Source of the DNA: Camelus ferus
Lineage: Eukaryota
Assembly: GCF_009834535.1 (NCBI RefSeq)
Contig: NC_045696.1
Coordinates: 67,148,001-67,212,000 of the forward strand
Direction of reading: 5' to 3'
DNA: 64,000 nt
Shown in pieces: positions 1 to 12,654 of this stretch. The stretch's first letter is position 1. The number at the start of each line of letters is the position of its first letter. The translations under genes were made by a program, and so were the position numbers. The notes under the pieces were generated by a model. It did no database searches. It saw nothing but the letters and a program-made list of their open reading frames with translations, and was not told where the DNA came from.

Positions 1-339
1 CTGATCTTCAGCCTTGTACCAAGTACAATGTAAAGAGCTTGAAGAACACACAACAAGTCTTCAAGAAACTCAGAGCAGTCTAATGGCTTCGTAAAGTAGA
101 AGATCTTTTAACAAGAGTTTGATGGATGTGAGGACATGGATAAGCCAAGAAGGTGACTGACAAAGAATAGCGTTAAGTGCACTGAAAACAGAGGAAATCA
201 TGAGAGTAAAGACAAGTTGGGTTGGGGTTGGGGGGAAAACAGAAAATTCAGTGTATGTGCCATGATTTGTATTTTTATGATGCTCATTTGTTTCCAGTTG
301 GGCTACGCGTACCTTCAATGGACTGATATTGTGGTTTCC

Positions 340-500
340 ACTTAACTGAATGAGAGGTTTCCCAATCTTTACGCACCTCAATTTTCTCTTCTGTTAAATG
401 GAAATAGTAATATTTTCTCTAAAAGGTAATTTAAGGGTTAAATTGAATTAAAAATATGAAGTCTCTAATAGTGAATAATAGGCATTTGATATTTGCTGGT
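340..500 (+). mobile_element. MIR SINE remnant
   Basis: cctcaattttctcttctgttaaatggaaatagtaata resembles the MIR core cctcagtttcctcatctgtaaaatggggataata. Confidence 0.7.
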
Positions 501-744
501 TGGACAGTGCCTTTCAGCACACAAAACATTCCATTATTCCATTGTTCCACATGAAACTGTTGTTTCCATGAAAACTAGAAAGGTGATATAAAATGCCCAA
601 AAACGTAGAACATAGGAAGACATGGCTTTTCAGTCGAAAGCCATGGTTTACATCCAGGTATTTCTGTTCCAGAGGTAGGACTCTGACCTAGATCTCATAG
701 TCCAGATTCCTGAGCTCTATTCAAAAGATATAAACTTAGAAGAG

Positions 745-850
745 ATCTGAGGCTTGGTTAACAAAGAGGACATTTAGTGGTCCAAAGCCACTATGTAGTA
801 AGTGGTGGAGCTGGGATTAGAATTTAGGTTTCTCTGGTTCCTCAGCCCCT
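745..850 (-). mobile_element. MIR SINE remnant
   Basis: ccaaagccactatgtagtaagtggtggagctgggattagaatttagg is the reverse complement of the MIR 5' half. Confidence 0.65.
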
Positions 851-2624
851 CACATTTCCATGGTACCCTGTGAATGTGCAGGACAAGGGAGAAAAGAGGC
901 GTTTATACCAATCAGTTGTTCATTTGCCCAGTGAGCCAATGTCCGGACAGTCAGTTTAGAGTTCACATTGTCATTTGTACTCTCTTCATCTGGATTTGTG
1001 GGAGAAGTTTCCTTCTATTCCACCATCTTGAAGCCACTCTTCTACTCTCTCTTCGTCTAAATGAATCCACCCTCTGCCTTTCTCCACGCTGCTGATCCAA
1101 CCTGCTCAGAAACTTCAAGGGACTTCCAGTTGCATCAAGTTCAGAAACACTTTCCCAGCCTGACATTCAGGGCCTCAAACAGTATAGTTCTAGGCTTCAT
1201 TTCCAACTCCTCAAGTCTCCAACCAAACAATTCAACTTGCTGGGCCTCTCTTAAAGCATTTACAATAATTTCACCAACATGAAATTATTCTGTAAACTTG
1301 TTCATCAAGTGAACTGGGAGCTGTTCAAGAATGAGGTCTATATCCAAACCCTGCCCATTGCCTTCACCATATCCACCTTCTACTACGTGGCCAGTTTTTA
1401 AATGAGTAGACCTATGGTCTTTACTGTTAAAAAAAAAAATACAAATTACAACAAAACAAAAATTCTCATTTTTCAGACCAGAATGATCTGGCTGCTGTTT
1501 TTGCCTTTCATTATTTTACATTTTTTCAACTTCTTAGTTTTAAAATGAGCTCTTAGATTGTTTTCTGTTTGTTTAAGGGAGATGGGAGAGTCCATCCATC
1601 TGGAGGTGCACATAAAATGAGATTTTTAGAGAAACGCCCAGGGCAGCAGGGTTGGTACTTTGCACGCAGGTAGTCTATGCCTCTGCTCTGAGCGCTGTGC
1701 CGCAGATGCTGGCATGCCACTTCCATCTGGAGGGGCCCTTCTGTGCCAAGGGGCTGCCCTATGTCCAGAGAAGAGGGTGATTCTTGCACAGCTACCAAGA
1801 AAAATGCCACATAATACAGGAAATGATTCTGAGGCAACTCCCTCTATTATAAATTGAGATATTTGGCAAATTGCATTGGCCTCAGGTTTGCTAAGTTTTT
1901 GTCTCCTTTCTTAAAAGGAAATTACTTTTGAGCACCCCAAGTAACCAAGTTCCAACAGGCACAAAGTAAGTAGCTAAGTTTAAAAAAAAAAAAAAAAAAA
2001 AAAAGCTCCTTTTGAGAAAAATATTTTCTGAATCTTATCTGTTTCCATTTCCTCTCAAGAGAGATTGTGAGACGACGGTTTGGAATACATGAAACGGCAA
2101 TCAGAGAGACAAGTCATTACAAATTCCTGGCCCCACTCTCCAGGGCCTTTCGGGAAACAATCGGGGCTGCCCAGAAAGGCAGTGGGCACAGAGGGCTCTG
2201 ACGGGCAGAGCAGGGACCAGGCTCTTCCCTCCTAACACGGCCCCTTGGATCATGCGCCGATGGCTGCGAATGTGTTTCCTCTTCCACTTCAGAGGAATTG
2301 AAACAGAATACATTTCAAGAGGTGATATGCCCTACATTTATTTAATTTTCCCTTCCAGTTTATGAAACACTTCTTGGGGAAGTTTGTTTATGGTATTTAA
2401 AAACACAGCACATTTAGGCAAAGCAAAAATGTCCATCTCTAACTTCCACATACAGAGGTTGTCCACGATTCACATTTTTTCCTCTTGGTCATGGTCAATG
2501 TGAACCATTCAAACTGTCCAGCAAGAATTGGGTGCTCAGTGGCCCTTCCGTCCCTGTCCAAAGTGAATCTATTCTACCTACCACCAGTGAAACTCAGACA
2601 ACAACAAAACTTATTTAATGAGGT

Positions 2625-2830
2625 ACTTGGATGTAGTAGAAGTCATAAAGTTTAGAGGATGCAGACCGGGGTTCAAATTTCAGTGTCTTCATTTACCACA
2701 TGATCTGGAAAAGTCACTTTTACCCTCATTCTGTTACCTTGTTTGCAAAATGGAGCTAGGAATGCCTGCTTTGCCGAACGATCATAGGGCTATATGTACA
2801 GTACCTGGGACCTGTCAACACAGGTTTAAA
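2625..2830 (+). mobile_element. MIR SINE remnant
   Basis: cagaccggggttcaaatt...tgatctggaaaagtcactt...tgcaaaatggagcta. Confidence 0.65.
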
Positions 2831-3529
2831 GCACTCCTTCAGTAGAGCTCTGCAAAGTAAATCAAAAGAAAAGAAATTTCTGAATTCTCTTGCATTCCTG
2901 CTAGTTTCTTTTGCATCCACCAAAATCTGCCAAATCATAAATTTGATGGGGTTTGGGGTATGTGTCAAAGAAAGGACATGGTGTATAATACTAAGCTATG
3001 TACAAAGTTAAGAAATTCCAGCCATTTCCTGAAATAGAGCTGATTTACCTACATTCCACAGGGTATATTTGCTTTGAGGTAAGTGAGGCAGGGTTTACTT
3101 GGGGGTTTTGATTTATCTTCATGTTGCAATAGTATTGCTTTGCATTCATATGAGCTTGGGGTTTTGCAATTTTGCTTTACTTAAGATTTACCTCTACCAC
3201 AGAGCTTTATACTTCCAGATGGGCCCAGAGCAACAATACAGAATGGGACCCAGGATTCTCTCTCTTATTTTTCAATCCTGGTGTCCTGTCCCTCAGTGTG
3301 GCAGCTTTGCATACGTGAGAACGATCAGCCCGTGTCTCCAAGGTCCATCCACGGGTCTGCTCCCCAAATGGCCACCTCTTAGTCACTCCTTTAGGCCTAA
3401 GTACATGCCCATTGGCAGCCTGCTCTTGAACAGACAAACCAAATGAAGGGCCCACACAGGCTCTAAAAGCCACTGTGGGGCCATTTGGGCCAACAATTCT
3501 AGGGTCTCAGGTACCCAGAGTATGGCCCA

Positions 3530-3690
3530 GAGCAAAGCTTGACAAACTTTAATGTGTATTTGAATCACCTGGGGACCTTGTTAAAAATACAGATTCTGAT
3601 TTAGTTGGTGGGGTGGGTCTTCAAGCTCTGGACCATACTTCTAACAAGCTCCCAGGTGACCCTAGTGCCACGGGTCATAGTAACAAGCAG
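3530..3690. mobile_element. MER5-family hAT-Charlie MITE
   Basis: aaactttaatgtgtatttgaatcacctggggaccttgttaaaaatacagattctgatttagttgg...ttctaacaagctcccaggtga. Confidence 0.8.
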
Positions 3691-4833
3691 CTGGGAGGGA
3701 AGAACATGGGCTGTGGGTAGCATATCCCTGTGGCCCTGAGGGCTTCTCAGCCTGTGGGGATGGGCACAGCTAGGTAAGGGTCAAAGAAGGGCTGTCTACA
3801 GTGAGGTTCTCAGCAGGGGTCTTGGTTGGCTGGTGGGAGGCCCAAAGGTTTGTACATAATTGCATCCAGGCATCTGAGAGGAGGGTTCTACTGGTAAACT
3901 ATAGTTAAAGGAAAAATCCAAAGGCTACAATTTAGATAGTTTTTCTATCATATTGTGGAATTGTCAGAGGTCCCAAGAAAATTCATTTTTCATCAAGAAA
4001 ATAGACTTGTATTAGGTTTGCTTGAACATTAGTCAAATGTTTACAGCGATAAAACCTTCTGTCATAGAATCTTTCTCCCTTTCTCTTTCTCTCCTCTCTT
4101 TCTTTCTGTATATATACATAAAAGCAACAGCAGTGACAACAAATATCTAGTTCCTTCAACCATTCCTCACTTGATAAGGTCAAAAGTCCCTGACCAGCCA
4201 AATACTCTCTTCTGAATATTTTCCAGTTTTACAATGTCCTTATTAAAATACGTGGCCAAGAAAGGAAAATAAGACTCTGACAGTGATCCAGTCACTGTGG
4301 AATATACCATGACAACCCCCTCCTTTTCTCTAGAAGTTGTACATCTGCTAATTTAACCAACACCATCAGCTGTGTCAGTGACTTACCACACTGCTGACTC
4401 GCTTGGAGTTCACCGTCAAGTACAGTTTCTAATTTCTGAGTCTTTTTCACACCTGCCGCTGCTGAAATACCTTGTGAAGAGTCAAGTTTTTAAAATTGAC
4501 TTTTGGATAAAGTAGACATGGAAAATATAGCTCATAGTTAAATTCCACCTTTGGCACCTGATCTTTCATAAAGAAGCTTTGATCAGAAACTATAAGGCAG
4601 AACAAACAAACCCTTCTGATGACTTACTTAGGCTAAAAGCTCAAGGCAAAAGCAAAAGGAATTCAGTGTGTTATATCCTGGTAAGACAGGCGTTGGATTA
4701 CCAACTCCTCATAAAATGTACCTCCATTTTAGAAATAACTCCTGAATGAGGTGGGATAGAGCCCAGACATATGAGAGAAGGAGATGGACAGATAGATCCC
4801 CTATCCTGGCCAAAGCTTAAGAAGTGGCTTCAG

Positions 4834-4837
<4 letters not shown>

Positions 4838-4869
<32 letters not shown>

Positions 4870-4882
4870 AGAGAGAGAGAGA
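4838..4882 (+). repeat. Poly(A) tract (~29 nt) followed by (GA)n
   Basis: Seen directly. Confidence 0.9.
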
Positions 4883-4903
4883 AACAGTTTAAAAATGAAC
4901 CCA

Positions 4904-5149
4904 ATTATGCTGTATACCAGAAACTGACACATTGTAACTGACTATACTTCAATTTAAAAATATAATAAAAATAAATAAATAAAATAAACAGGGACCTACT
5001 GCACAGCATAGGGAACTATATTCAATTTCTTTAATAACATAATGGAAAAGAATCTGAAAAAATATACATGTATAACTGAATTGCTTTGCTGTGTCCCTGA
5101 CACTAACATTGTAAATCAACTACACTTCAATAAAAAACAAAATTTAAAA
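4904..5149 (+). mobile_element. Composite L1 3'-end insertion (two L1 tails in tandem) with 13-bp TSD
   Basis: tgctgtataccagaaactgacacattgtaactgactatacttcaat plus an A-rich tail, then gggacctactgcacagcatagggaactatattcaat...attgtaaatcaactacacttcaataaaa. AAAAATGAACCCA at 4891-4903 and 5150-5162. Confidence 0.85.
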
Positions 5150-6100
5150 AAAAATGAACCCAGCTAAATCATCTTTCCACAGCATAATTAAGAGGCGGCA
5201 GAACATTTCAATGTCTGACAAAATTAATTCTATTTGCATTATGAGTATTATCCAAAAGGCTGTAAGAGCCACAAAGACAAAGTTTGAGCACTATCTTTAA
5301 TCCTGTATCACACCTAGTACAGCAGCGTGCACCCTTGGGAATTTCTAATCTTTGAAATTAAAATTTGCACATACATACAATCCCCTAAAGACGCTTTGCA
5401 TCCAACCACAGACTTCTACCATATCCTCACATATTTCTTCAGAGAAGAAATGAGTCTCAGAATATCAAAGTAGCTTCTTCATAATAATTTAAAGGTCAAA
5501 GAGACCAAGGCCCTTTTTGTAATCTGAGTGATGCCCAATGGAGTTTATGTTAACCAAGTACGGAGTACTAAACAAACATGAATTGCCATTTAAAGCCACA
5601 GAGAATGGAGTTTTAAAGATGTAAAGGGTTGAACTCTGTCTTAGCAACAATATTATCCATTCAGTAAATGTGAGCTATGTGGGACTGTGCTCCAAACACT
5701 ACCCCGGCAGCATTACTGGAGATAAACCAGGCAAGTCCTCTGCCTTCGGTTGCTCACAGTCTGCTAGAAAAGACATAGACGTTCTAAGGAAGAAAAGTGG
5801 AGAAAACCATGAAAAGAGAAGCAGAAAGGGAGATTCCACCCCTGACTAGAGGATCAGTGAATCCTGAAAGAAGCAGCAATTGAAACATGAATGTGTAATC
5901 AAGAGTGGGTACCCAAGGATAGGAAAGGTTAATCCAAGTAGAAGGACAGAATACAAAGGCATGGATGTGGGAAACTGTCGGAGTTTCCTGATTCTCAGCA
6001 TAGGTGGGGTGAATGCTGAGAACTGTCCTCGAGCTGAAGTCTGTAACCAGTTGCTCTCTGCTCTAAAATAAGAGAAATTCTCTCTGCCCACACCCCGCAT

Positions 6101-6126
6101 TGTGTGTGTGTGTGTGTGTGTGTGTG
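6101..6126 (+). repeat. (TG)13 microsatellite
   Basis: Seen directly. Confidence 0.95.
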
Positions 6127-7164
6127 GTGGGGGGTGAGTGACTGGGCGTGGCACAGGAAGAGGGAGCAGTCATGCTCTGTCTGGAAGCACGCAGTGTACA
6201 CATGGCAAGCTCTGTCTGGTAAGTCATGGCCTGGTATGAGAAGAAACATTGCTGCTAGCAACACGGATGGACCTGGACATTTCTTTGCTCCCTTTCCGAT
6301 CACATCTTTCCCCATCTTCCCTCAGCCAAGCCCTCTCCAGGAGTGAAAAAGCTCTTGAATTATCCATGCCCCAGATCAGCAGGCCCTCAGTTTGAAGTGC
6401 AGAAGGAAAAAAGAAAAAAGCTGGTCTCTGCAGGCACGTTGCCACCCTTCCCAGTCCGCGAAGGTGGAGGCAGAAGGTGAGGGCCCCCCATCCAAACAGA
6501 CCCGGCCTCCAACTCTGTGGAAACTGGGAGCCAAGCTAGGGACACTGCCAGAGGAGCCCCCACAGTACCTCACTGCTAACCCCGAGGAACATCATAACAG
6601 ATACGGGTGGGACGGAATCTCTTCTCACAATCTGACTTCAAGTCGCCAACTTTAAAGAAAAGAAATTCCTAATGAATGACATAAACCAATTAAGAGAGCT
6701 GCCTGAACCGAGCCCAAGCGCTGAAACAGAGGCTACAGGTTCCCATTAGGTGGAGAGATCTGAACAAGGGCCAAAACAAGCAGACGTGGGACACTGGGAT
6801 GCTTGGATTCCAGCCCGTCGCAGAAGACAGCCCGACACTGCACACGGCGGAGGCCGCGCTCATCTGTGTCCTCGCCGCTAGGGATGTCTCTGCAAACACT
6901 GCTTCCCGACATCCCTTCAGCGGTAACTTGGCAGGCGGGCTTCTCCGCTCTTTGCGATGCCGTGTTTAATAAGACTGTCTTGTAAGAGCCTGTCGCCAAA
7001 GGACACGTGGGAAAGAACTGAGATTCAGGATAATTAGTCACCTTAAAGCGTTCACTTAAGGTTTTGTAAATGTGTGTTTTCTATTCCATATAGACTTCGT
7101 TTCTAGCCTAAAACCATTGTAAGTTTGAAGAGTCCAGAAGAAGTTAGGATAGCGGTGGATATAT

Positions 7165-7375
7165 ATTAATTGATCACCTATCATATGCTATGATCTTTAC
7201 ATTAAGTTACTTCTTTTCATCTGTCCACAACTCTATGAGCTGTATAAGATTATTATTATCATATTTCATAGATAAGGACATTGAGAATTAGGGAGGAGAA
7301 GGCAGTTTTCCAAGGTCACCTGGGTAGCAAGTGGAGGAGACATACACCAGCTCCAAAGTGTGGTACTTCTGCCAA
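7165..7375 (-). mobile_element. MIR SINE
   Basis: catctgtccacaactctatgag...catatttcatagataaggacattgaga...ccaaggtcacctgggtagcaagtggaggag. Confidence 0.75.
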
Positions 7376-8269
7376 CCTAATATAATTGCTATTTTTACAT
7401 AAAATGTACTGGAGTAGTAAAAACAAGTAGCAAGTACAGAGAAGCAAAAAAAAGTGCAAAAAAAAAAAAAGGGAAATTACTTCTAATCCCACCACCCAGA
7501 GGTGATCCCTTTTAATATTCTGTTGTAAATCCTGCAACTGCAGAAGTTTTAACTCCCTTTTGGGAACTCCTGCACTGATGCTGCAGAAAGTTTTCAAGCA
7601 AATCACATCTTGTTATATTCCAAATCACCAAGAAAAACCAGGAAGGATAGCTTTACATATTTCAAAAAGTGAACTTGAGAAGTAGTCATCAGGTCCTACT
7701 ATGGACTGAAACACTGCTTGGTTTCTGGAGAATTAAAAGGCTTCAGTGCTCTCTTAGTACTTGTCTTCCAGAAGCTGCCCTGCAGTGGCAGCCGTGGATC
7801 AGTAGAGTCATAACCAGAGCTCTGGGAGGTCTCTGAGGAGGCAGCAGAGGGATTCACCGTATCTACCATAAGCTTGTTTTGTGACCATCGCCAAAAAACA
7901 ATGCCCCTGGCTACAATGTGTCCATCTCGAACTGGTGTTTATCACTCTCACCCTGCTTAATGATCAGGGTTGTTTCCAGGAGTTAATGACATAAATATTT
8001 ATGAGAGCCCTTTGAAATAAACAAAGCACTATGCAAAAAGAAAGATAGCTGTCAAAATCTCTAATAATTAAGAACTTGACTTCAGAGATGAAGATTTTGC
8101 CAAGGTGTTCAGGGAGTCATGATAGTACCCCTTGGAAATCCTAAATTGTAAAATAATGGCAAAGCCATAATTGAAATGCTACCATAATAAAATCAGACCT
8201 TTTCATAGGTGTGGATTGTGAATAGTAATAAAAATGTTGATGAAAATAATGATGACTAATACCTATTCC

Positions 8270-8570
8270 CTTTGGCATCACATTTTCAAACACTTTATAA
8301 ATGATTTGCATAGCTTTCTCATTTGATCTTCTAAATAATCTACGTGAAGATATATTATTATCTCTATTTCACAGATAAAGAAACTCCACTAAAACTTATA
8401 AAGTGTTTTAAAATATAAACAGATCATCTCATTTGACTCTTACACCCTCATTACTATTTCTATTTGTTGGATGATGAAACTATGACCCAGAATGTCAATT
8501 TACCTAAAGTCACAAAATTTGTAGAAGTCAGACCAAGATCAGATCAAATTCAGTCTATATAACTCCAAAG
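8270..8570 (-). mobile_element. Two adjacent MIR remnants
   Basis: ctcatttgatcttct...ctatttcacagataaagaaact and ctcatttgactctt...ggatgatgaaactatgacccag...cctaaagtcaca. Confidence 0.6.
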
Positions 8571-9894
8571 ATATCTGCAAATGTTCTCCAAAATGGCCTC
8601 AACCCAACCTCTTCTCTACCTAAAACAGTCTGCAATCAAACACGGCAACTGTCTGCCCCAGAATCATTCAGAGATTTCTCCTTCACAAAACCTTATTCCT
8701 TCCAAAGAGATTCAACCTCTCTTTAATCAGTACCCGCCCCTGAATTGCTGATTCCACTGATGACAAGCAATATATTTATCTGTTTATTTAGCCCTAACAG
8801 GGCTTAAAACATAGCTTTCTCTGTTAAGATGCTCAATGATCAAAACTTTCAAGTCACCTTTCATACCTCTCTTTAGTAATTCATCAAGTCTTGGGCTGTA
8901 AGACATGAGTGAATTTAGAGCAAAGGAAAGTACACGCGATGTGTGCGAGTGTTGGGGCGGTGGTGAACTGGTTTAGAGCAGTTCACATGGAAGGAACCAG
9001 GCGAGTTCATTATTTGGCAGAGGAATGATGGGACATGTATAGGAAACACCGATATGTCTGATTTGACGAGGTTTTGAATTACATAAAGGGGATCTAGGAA
9101 CAGACAGACCAGTAAATTAGATTGGGACCATACTGCAAAGGTCTTGTGAATCAAGCTATGAAGCTGGATGTTACTGCTTCTCGCAATTTTCCAGTGGAAG
9201 TTCACCAGTGCCATAGGGCAAGGCCACTGGCTATAAACAGAAAATGTATTTGCAATCTCTTGTTTTGTTGTATCATCAAAATCATATAATGATGTTTCCT
9301 ACTGCATTTAGTTTGCAGAGTTGATTTTAACAAAAAATAATATTCTAAAATCTAAACCTGTTTAACATTGATCAAAACTGAGACTTCAGGCAGATGGGCC
9401 ATGTTTATCCTGTGGCTTCTCGTAGCCCCTAGCCTAACTCTGTTACCTGAGATCTTCTATAATCCAGTTTGTAAAGCATAAGGAGGAATTGGGGCATCAC
9501 TGGTGGAATTTTGAGTGGAGTGATGAATTGATCAGAGTGGTATTTTAAGAAGATAATCTGATAGTGTTAAATTGCATGACTCTGAGGACTGGTGGACCCT
9601 GGAGGCAGGAAGATCTAATAATCTCATAGTCCTTAATATTTATTTAGTATTGTATTTTGTATTAGACTCTTTAAATAGTCTCCCACGATCCTATGAAATA
9701 CAAAATATCATCATTCCTGCTTTACAGATGAAGAAATCAAAGGAAAGAGAATATAAAAGACATTCTGAAGACTCTAGAGTCAGTAAGTCACTGAACCTGA
9801 ACTTAAAGCAGCGCAGAAGGCTGGGGAAAGTGTAGGCTCTTAACCACCACATTGAAACACAGTCAGGAAGCAGACGTAATCATTAAAGTGAGAG

Positions 9895-9985
9895 GTATGT
9901 ATATGTATGATTGAAACATTATGCTGTACACCAGAAACTGACACATTATAACTGACTATACTTCTATTAAAAAAAAAAAAAAAAA
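9895..9985 (+). mobile_element. Short 5'-truncated L1 3' end with poly(A), inside an L2 remnant
   Basis: gtatatgtatgattgaaacattatgctgtacaccagaaactgacacattataactgactatacttctatt followed by a poly(A) run. Confidence 0.85.
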
Positions 9986-9999
9986 GACCCAAAGGAAGA

Positions 10000-10270
10000 A
10001 CCCCGCAGTGGACATGGAAAGGGTTAGGTTCGAGAAATACAGCAAAGATAAACTTGACAAAATTGAACAACCTGATTGGGTTGGGGGAAATAAGAAGAAG
10101 TCAAAGATGACTGATTTTTTTCAAGCTGGGATAATTGGGAAGATAATGAGTCCATCTTCATAAATAAAGGCCCCAGAAGAGAAGCAGGTTTGCTGGGGAA
10201 GCATGAGATGGGGGAAGATGATGTGCTGAGTCTGGGATGCCCGCGGGGCACACAGGTGGAGACAGACAAG
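10000..10270 (-). mobile_element. L2 LINE remnant
   Basis: gaagaagtcaaagatgactgatt...gctgggataattggaagataatg...gaagcaggtttgctgggg...gatgatgtgctgagtctggga. Confidence 0.65.
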
Positions 10271-10788
10271 GGGAAGAAATGCAGGTGTGGAGTGAGAGTT
10301 TCCCATCCCTGGGCCCCCACACTTGCTGAAGGTCCAATCAGCTATTTTCAGCCTAGGTGTTCAGTCTAAGGCTTACCATGCACATTGGTGAGTGACACAG
10401 GACAAAATTTTCCCTAAATGCTTGGAACTGGAAAAAGAAAAAAGTCTCATAGACAAACACAGGCACCCAGAAACTCAGCCACCTCATAATAAGCTGGAAT
10501 CTCTTTCAAAACCATCTTCAGCTGCTTATTTTCCAAACTCAGAGTCTTAGGCACGTGAATCAGTGGCTTGAGGATCCACGCAGTGATGTCTGAGTAATTC
10601 CCTTCCTTCCCTGCAGCAAGCTGCCCTTTTAAAGGTGACTTTGCTCCTGCATGATAATGAAGTCTATTTAGGACTTTTGAATGGGCAGATTGGCTCAAAA
10701 TGATTTCCTCTGCCTGGGGTTGGGCCTAAGAGGGCCCCTGACCTGGCTGAGGTGGGAAGAGAAAAGGAAGTCAAAAGAGGACAATGGA

Positions 10789-10907
10789 GGGGGTAGGGTA
10801 TAGCTCAGTGGTAGAGTGTGAGCTTAGCATGCACAAGGTCCTGGGTTCAATCCCCAGTCCCTCCATTAAATAAATAAATAACCTAATTACCCTCCCCTGC
10901 CCCCTGA
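10789..10907 (+). mobile_element. Vic-1-type camelid tRNA-Ala-derived SINE
   Basis: ggggtagggtatagctcagtggtagagtgtgagcttagcatgcacaaggtcctgggttcaatccccagtccctccattaaataaataaataacctaattacc. Pol III A box TAGCTCAGTGG at 10801-10811, B box GGTTCAATCCC at 10844-10854. Diverged 15-bp TSD aaaagaggacaatgg (10773-10787) / aaaagaagacattgg (10908-10922). Confidence 0.9.
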
Positions 10908-12654
10908 AAAAGAAGACATTGGGAAGGGGCCCAAGGTTGGCAGAAGAAAAGAAGAGGTGGAGTACACACCCCCAGGGTCCTTTACACAGCTGGCTCTGGG
11001 TGTTAGTAGGGATTGGTGATCATGGGCTGACCGGCTTGCCCTTCCTAAAAATGAGCATGAACCCAGAATTACATGGAGAATAGTGTAACTTCTCACAGTA
11101 GTTCTTCCTGCTGTACTAATCTTTCCTTTCCTCCCACAATATATGCTGCCCTTTGGAGCTCTGTTCTTACTTCCCACTGCAATCTCATTTCAGATTCCAG
11201 AAAGCACTAAATAGAGTATAAAACTCTGCTACCTCAGCTTTTCCCAAATGGCAGCACCTGCCTGTGACACACAATACATCACTCATTAAAAAAAAGAGAA
11301 AGTGAAGCAGCTACATTATTGGTCCAAATTGAAAAAAAAAACTGAAAGCTTATTTTATTATTTAGCTGAAATTTGGAGGTGTACACACACACCTTGTACA
11401 CATCATTCTCTCTTTCTCTCTCTCTTCTCTGTCACTGTTTCTGATATAAACTTTCTGTTAAAAATCAAAATGCCAATTTCCCCAAATACAGACTTAGGTA
11501 ATACAGTCCCACTTCATCACTGTGAACTCAGTTCTCTTAATCTTTCCCCATACTCCCACCTAATTTTTTTTTCTGTTAAAAATCGTACCTTAAGTTGGGG
11601 GAAGATATACAAAGATGCACGTATTTGAGTCATGCTTTCAAGATTTGACTCTACGTTGAAAAGGCTAAAATCTTAAACACTCATTGCAAAACTCCGGTGA
11701 TTTTTCTAGGCAACATTAGCTCAGCATCTTCAGCCAAACTGACATTCGTACTGACAGATATCGTGATGCCCACAGCACCTGGAACAGTACAGCAACACCA
11801 GCAGTTCGGGCCACTTCCCCTCTGAAATCATCAGGACCCAGAGCACAAGGCTCAGGTATTAAAAACGCTTTCCTGGAGGAATCACAACGCCCTTTGAACT
11901 GCCTGGGGGCTCTAAGGTAGTTCTTGTTTCTTTTCTCATCGTATCTGTTGGCTTCCTCTTCCCCTCTCCTCTGTGCTCATATCCAAGGTCTATCATCACA
12001 ACGTTGGCAAATGACCACTTAAAATAAAAATGTTAATACCTTTCAGCAAAGTTGATAGTCTTGTTCTTTTTAGAGACAAGCATTTGGTGGTATTTATAGG
12101 AAAACTATATACCTTACTTTTATTTGAATTCTAGAAAAATATACAATTTAAACTTTACTAATAAATCAGTAAGTAACTGGCCCTCTGGCACAGAGAGTTC
12201 TGAGATCTGGTGCTCGGTGACATATATGTTCACTTATTACGAATCCATTGAGCACTGACTATGAAGATGGCCTTGTGTTAGACATGTGTAAAAGAAAGTT
12301 AAGGCCCAGGGCAACCAGTAAGTACTTACAATGGAGCTGTAGAAGAATCAAGGCACGAAGTTAGCCATGGAATGCTGCTGGAGTCAGAGAAGATAGCAAA
12401 TCATATGGATAAAGCTGAACCTTCCTTTGTGAAAAATAAGATTCTCAGACCAAGTGAAAATCCATAATCATATTTGTATATAGATACATGTTATATGTCC
12501 AGCACTGTACTGTGTGCTCTGAAGGCCACAGAAGAAGCATTAGATATGTTTTTGTTTTTGTTTTCCAATGCCCTGCATTCAAATTGGAAAGAGAAAACAA
12601 TTGAGGGCAATTGAGGCTAAACACTGTAGTACAAAACAGGCTATTGGGGGCTGT

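Noticed and set aside
1982..2004. Isolated A23 tract as a possible retrocopy tail
   Set aside because: No upstream element, polyA signal or convincing TSD.
10795..10865. tRNA-Ala-like sequence
   Set aside because: Acceptor and anticodon stems are imperfect, it continues into a SINE-specific tail and has a TSD; it is a SINE, not a tRNA gene.
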